A DNA stretch of 45,547 nt from Eledone cirrhosa (taxonomy: Eukaryota): assembly GCA_964016885.1 (NCBI GenBank), contig CAXHJY010000063.1:1-45547 (forward strand). Direction: 5' to 3'. The notes under the pieces are model-generated. The model did no database searches, was not told the origin of the DNA, and saw only the letters and a list, made by a program, of their open reading frames with translations. Shown piece after piece: positions 39,180-45,547 of this stretch (position 1 is its first letter; each line of letters opens with the position of its first letter). A program made the translations under genes and the position numbers.

Positions 39180-41983
39180 TCGAAGGCTAAAGGAGTTCAG
39201 GCCGGGTGGAGTGTGGGTCCGTAGGGTGAAGATGGTGCATTGTTTGACCGTGAGGCGAGTGGTGGGTGTTCCGTGGCATTGGAGTAGGGCACAGACTGTG
39301 AGGTGGTGGGCGGAATGTCCAGAGGGCCAAAGTGGCGAGCGATGGGGGAGATCCCGCCCAGACGAATATCACGGAGGTGTTCGGTGAAACGGTCCGCAAG
39401 GCGAGGCCCAGTATGTCCGAAGTAGGTTGCGCTGCACTCCATGCAGCGAAATCCATGGACTAGGTTGGAGGAGGTGCAGCGGAAGGCGTGCCGGACAGAG
39501 AGAGAGTGGCCGTTGGGATCCTGGAAGGCGGTGGTGTTCGTAATGTGGGGGCAGGTTTGGCAAAGAGGCCTGGAGCAGGGAAGGGATCCGGGGAGGGAAG
39601 ATCGTGGGTTGGGGGTAGGGAGCGGCGGACGAGGAGGGTGCGGAGATTGCGTGCGCGTTTGAAGGAGAGGGTGGGGATGGGAAGATGTGGGAGGTGGAGG
39701 GGTCGGATTGGAGGCGGTGGAAGAGGTGGAGGATGGTCCGATGGAGTGGTAGGGTATAGGGGTGGTAGGTGATGGGGAAGGGGAGGCGTGGGAGGATGTG
39801 CGGTGACGTGGAGTGAGGGTGGTGGAGCGGTGGGCATCACGGGCGCGAGTGAGGGCGGTGTGGACGAGGGAGGGGGGTTTAACCTCTGCGGATGAAAGGG
39901 CTGACTAGGGAAAGCGCCTGGGACTCAAGTCAGCATCTCGGCTGCAGAGGCGGCGGATCATAAGGAGTTGGGAGTAGGAATAGAGTGTTTAGTGTGTGTA
40001 GGGCGGGATGAGATGAAGTCGAGGTAGGAGTGTGACTCGGTGGGTTTGAAGAAGGCGGAGGTGACGAGGGAGTGGTGGGAGGGGTCGATGGCGACGGAGA
40101 TGTCTAAGAAGTGGACGTGGGTCGTGGAGATAGAGGTGGTGAAGTGGAGGGATGGGTGGAAGGAGCAGAAGAAGAGAGAAAGGAGTCCAGCTGTTCTCGG
40201 GTGAGGGTCGTGGCTCCGATACAGCCGTCGATGTAACGAACGTACAGTTCGGGCGTGGGGTCGGTGTATGGGCAAATATTTGGGCCTCAACATGGCCAAC
40301 GAAAAGGTTGGCATAGTTTGGGCCCATTCTTGTGCCCATGGCTACCCCCTAACCTGTTGGTAAAACTCACCCGAGAAGGAGAAGCAGTTGAGGGTGAGGA
40401 CCAGCTCGGCGAGGCGAAGGGAGGTAGGTGGGGGTGATGGGGAGGAGCGAAGGGTCGTGGTAGTGCTTGAGGGCACGTAGGACGTTGGCGTGGGGGATGA
40501 CAGTATAAAGCGACTTGATATCTAGGGTGAAAAGGAGGGGGTATGGGCGGGGTGGGAAAATGACGGAGTCGAACAGGCGAAGGCCGTGGTTGGTCTCGGA
40601 GATGTAGGGGGGAGGGTAGTGACGAGGTGGGTGAGGATGGAGTCAAGAAAGGCGGAGATGAGTTGGGTGGGGCAGTTGCAAGCGTAGACGATGGGACGGC
40701 CGGGGTTGGCGGGTGTGTGGAGTTTGGGGAGGAAGAAGATAGTGGGGGGTGGGGTGCGGAAGATGAGGTGGGAAGTGGTGGGAGGGGAGAGAGAGGAGGA
40801 GACAAGGTGTTGGATGGTGGAAGAAACTTGTTTTTGGTAGAGGGGTGTGGGGTCGGCGGGTAGAGGGCGGTAGAATAGGGAGTTACGGAGCTGCCTGAGG
40901 GCTTCGGCCGTGTAGAGGTCAGCGCCCCACACCACCACGGCGCCTCGCTTGTCCCTCGGTATGATGACGATGTGATCTCGGCTACTGAGGGAGCGGAGAG
41001 CGAGGAGTTCGCCCCGTGTGATGTTATGCCGTTTGGACCTGTGTCGGAAGTCGAAGCGATGTATTGCGCTACGGCAGGCATCGACGAACGCATCCAGGGA
41101 GCTGAATTGCCCTGGAGCCGGCGTCCAAGACGATGGTCGTCGGCCCAGGGCGAGAAACGGGTCTGGGGCGTTCGGAGCCGGTGGGGTTTGATGAAAATGT
41201 GTCAGTAGCTTCGTGCGTCGCACGAATCGCTCAACTTCCATTCGGGTGTGGAACTCGTCGCTGTGGGGATTGTGGGGTATGAAGCGAAGGCCTCTACTGC
41301 GGAGTGAGTGCTCAGGTGCGGAGAGGGGGGCAGGGGGTATGGTGACGAGAAGTGGGGTTTGGGTGTGAGAAGGAGGAGCGGACGGGTGATGGTGAAGTGG
41401 AGGGGGATATGGGCTAGGGATATGGATGGGGATGAGTATGTGGAGGTGGGGAGTGGTGGGAGGGACGGGAGGAGTGTATGGGAGGATGTATAGGGATGGG
41501 CGGGGGTGGTGGAAGGGGGTGGTATGGAGGAGTGAGTGTAGCTTAAGAGCTTTGGTGGAGTTGAGGAAGGAGAAGAGGTCGTGGTTGAGATTTGGGATGA
41601 AGAGGAGGATGGAGTGGGCGAAGAGGGGTGCCATGCGGAGTTAAGGCGGAGGAGGGTGGGGGTCAGTTTGTAGTCAAGGTAGCGGATGGTGGAGCGGGAG
41701 GAGCGGAGGGAGTTTGCCATTAGGAGTCGCGAGGATCGGGTAAGGATATGTTGGGTGGAGGGGGAAGTGGGGGGATGTGTGGAAGTGTAGTCGAAAGTTG
41801 AGGGGAATGAGGTGGAGGTGGACGCAGTGGCTGAGGAAATGGATGTGGTTGGAGTGCCAGATTTTGGCGAAAAGAAGCTAGGAGAGTTGGAGGGCCGAGG
41901 GGAGATAGCAAGATGGGAGGAGGGGGGGAAGAAAAGTTGAAGCGGGGTTGAAGTTGGTGGAGAAAGGATCCCAGGCTGGGCAT
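39180..41983 (-). pseudogene. Neptune-type PLE RT-GIY-YIG polyprotein, multiply frameshifted
   Basis: RGLRFIP, IPRDKRGAVVVW, FFLPKLH..NPGRPIV.AC.CPT, TLDIKSLY, AMGTRMGPNYANLFVG, VRYIDGCIG (40224-40235 is YIDG), FLDI, KPTESHSYLDF, CMEC..YFGHTG.RLADRF.EH, IFTL.T..P.GLN. Confidence 0.92.
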
Positions 41984-42734
41984 GGTGGGCGTGGAGTGAA
42001 AGCAGGGGAGGAATGAGAAGGGAGGTGTGTGATGTGGGGGGTCGAAGAGGGGAGTGCGAAAGGTAGGCAATATATATATATATATATATATATAATGAAA
42101 AAAAAGATCGGTTTGTATATATAGAAAGAGTTTTATTAGTTGTATGGTTGGTTGGCTGGTTGAATGACACGAAAACTACATACACACACATGTAAAGAGA
42201 GATATACAGAGGCAGAGGCAGACAGAGAGAGATAGACCGTTATACAGAGAGAGATACAATTAAAGTGTTAGATATTCAGAGAGAGAGAGAGTAACGTCCC
42301 ACGAAAGTCTCGAAACGGATTAAACTATAGATCCCTTGAGGAATGTTTAACAATATTGCGTAAGCTATTATAAATGCGTATTACAGTCTTTGATTATACA
42401 GAACAAAGAACACTTGATACTATTTGAAATTAATTTACCCTCCAGCTTTTATCCATATACTACTTACAGACAGTACTAACGAAGCTAAACAGTTCAGAAG
42501 AAATGTTATGCGGTATATTGTTTCAGATGACGTCCTTTGGAGCTGTAAAAGATTATACTGACTATGGTTATTTCACAACATTTAAAACACAAAGCAAATT
42601 CTACCATTTATTCGGCAGTTTACTCCCCCAGCCTAATAAGGAAATTTTATGATTGTTTTTTTTTCTGTCTCGCTCACACACACTGACACACACACACTGA
42701 TACACACAGACCGACACAACACACCACACCCCAC

Positions 42735-42747
42735 ACACACACACACA

Positions 42748-42826
<79 letters not shown>
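42735..42826. repeat. (CA)n microsatellite
   Basis: Seen directly. Confidence 0.97.
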
Positions 42827-42899
42827 TAGGGGCACACCACGTACTCTTTTATCCGTATTCTCTTAACTGTTTTCCCGGGCGATATATATGTATATATAT

Positions 42900-43903
<1,004 letters not shown>

Positions 43904-44034
43904 TGTATATCTTATATATATATATACTTATACATATGCCCAAAAGTTTATATGGTTCGTTGATTATTCAACGAATTCAATTGCACAATAGATTAGAAGC
44001 ACTCAACTGTTTTTTTTTTTATCTGGAGTATCTA

Positions 44035-44238
44035 TAATATTATTCAAAATATTAATAAATGAGATATTATCATTGAAGATTCAAGACCTACCGGTATGTC
44101 GCATATCTAATCTCTTATATATTGTAGCTGATGAAAACGTACTGAAACACCATGATATATGTATAATAAAATATATACTTTGGTTATGATAATATTTCTC
44201 ATTTATTAAATTGGTTAATTAATATTTTGAATAATATT

Positions 44239-44239
<1 letters not shown>
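44035..44239. mobile_element. Small element with AT-rich terminal inverted repeats, enclosing CTGATGA-N9-GAAAC
   Basis: 44035-44073 is the reverse complement of 44186-44239 apart from one indel and a mismatch. The core motif is at 44128-44148, without a good stem II. Confidence 0.5.
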
Positions 44240-44291
<52 letters not shown>

Positions 44292-44309
44292 TAATTATTC
44301 CATCGCAAC

Positions 44310-44535
44310 CTGAGGGCACTGGACTGATAGAATCGATAGAGTGATGGGTACAAAAGCTTTATGGGATTTGCACTTATTCTTTACGTTCTGACCTCAAATC
44401 TAGCCGAGGTCAACTTTATCGTTCATGGCCCTGCGTCGCTAAGGTCATGCACCAGTCAATTACCTAGGTTGATATAATTGACTTTCCCATCCCCATTAAT
44501 TGTAGGGCTTGTGTTCAGATTAGCAAACGTTATTT
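44310..44535 (+). mobile_element. Diverged octopus-type SINE
   Basis: TTTACGTTCTGACCTCAAATCTAGCCGAGGTCAACTTT...ACCAGTCAA...GATATAATTGACT...GGCTTGTG; same layout as 31750-32035. Confidence 0.72.
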
Positions 44536-44549
44536 CATCGTATCATTTT

Positions 44550-44990
44550 GGGTTGGAGTGGTAAAATTGTTAGGGCGTCGGATGGAGTGATTAGTGGTAT
44601 TTTTAATATTCTGTGTTCGAATCCCACTGAAGTTAAACTTGACTTGCATTTTTCATCGATCCATAATATAAATATCAGTCAAATACTTGGGTAAGTTTAC
44701 CTACATATCTCTCCAATTTTTCTATAATCATTTCGGTTTCCTTAGCATAAATAGCAATCAAATACTGGGGACATTTAACCGAGTCCGCTGTTCAATTATC
44801 CTCTCACCATTTCAGTATCTATAACACAAATGCCAGAGAAATACTGGGAGCATTGAACCGACTCCTCTCCCCAATTTGGTTCACATCATTTCGGGATCTA
44901 TAACATAACAACTAGTGGAATACTGAGTGCCATTTAACTAACTCATCTTCCTAATCGTTGAACGTGCGCTTATATTGAAAACCATTATTT
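44550..44990 (+). mobile_element. Diverged SINE with the central domain tandemly amplified about four times (about 77-bp unit)
   Basis: B-box GTTCGAATCCC, then repeated CATTTC.G.ATCTATAA.A.AA....A...AATACTGGG..CATTTAACCGA.TC units. Confidence 0.7.
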
Positions 44991-45291
44991 CATCAAATCT
45001 TTAAGCTATTTATTCTCTCAAATCTCTACTCATTATAGCATTTTCTAGATAGTTTGTCAGCTTAAATTATAATTTCATATACGCATTTTACACTAACGCA
45101 CTACAATTTAAATTTCTCACTTATATTTATTTATTTTTACTTTTTCTTGCTTTTCTCAATGATAATAGCATAGAGATTCGCTTGAAATTTCATAGTATGT
45201 TGTTCAACTTTTGAAAACAGAGTTGAATGCGTGCATGTATTTATCCTCACCTCACTTTCATATCATTTCTTCTAATAATTGTTATTATACG

Positions 45292-45323
<32 letters not shown>

Positions 45324-45325
45324 AT

Positions 45326-45381
<56 letters not shown>

Positions 45382-45547
45382 TCTATTCTTTTATTAATCT
45401 CACCAATATATGATGTTTTGGATTGAGTTGTATAGTATCAAAAACTATGAAGGCGGTTTAAAATATTTATGTACGTAATTGTATCTATTTCCCTCTCGCT
45501 TTCATTTTGTGTCGTTCCCTCTCACTCTCGATCTCTTTCTTTCTCTT

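Larger units (their letters stand above)
37603..42070 (-). mobile_element. Near-full-length defective Neptune-type PLE, GC-rich with a strongly C-rich sense strand, flanked by TA
   Basis: RT and GIY-YIG motifs across several frames, a 3' UTR of about 1.5 kb, and an HHR and AATAAA at the 3' end. Confidence 0.92.

Noticed and set aside
38655-42070. Many overlapping Pro/His/Thr-rich and Gly/Val-rich ORFs on both strands
   Set aside because: They are by-products of the extreme C/G skew of the Neptune element; only the frames with RT or EN motifs are meaningful.

Overview
Eukaryotic, essentially non-genic DNA, most likely from an octopus or related coleoid cephalopod (inferred from the SINE families, the LINE tail and the very long TA tracts). 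About a third of the window is (TA)n-type microsatellite, and nearly all of the predicted ORFs are translations of these repeats. The non-repetitive islands are mostly Penelope-like retroelements (PLEs) inserted in TA tracts. There are two near-full-length dead RT+GIY-YIG copies: a probable Nematis-type at 27059-30170, whose YxDD motif is deleted, and a Neptune-type at 37603-42070, with YIDD changed to YIDG. There are also four 5'-truncated, endonuclease-only Naiad-type copies joined to inverted pseudo-LTRs (pLTRs), and several non-coding pLTR-only insertions. More than a dozen type I hammerhead-ribozyme (HHR) motifs can be read by eye. Many have unusually long stem II regions (about 60-115 nt) and family-fixed core variants (CCGAnGA, CAGAAGA). 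One pair forms an apparently perfect 407-bp palindrome folded at HHR stem I. The window also holds CR1-type and RTE-type LINE 3' fragments, several SINEs, minisatellites, two non-coding units of about 610-640 bp with terminal redundancy, and a possible promoter/first exon near 22.4-22.6 kb. No intact host protein-coding gene is visible. All alignments and folds were done by eye, and boundaries are approximate.
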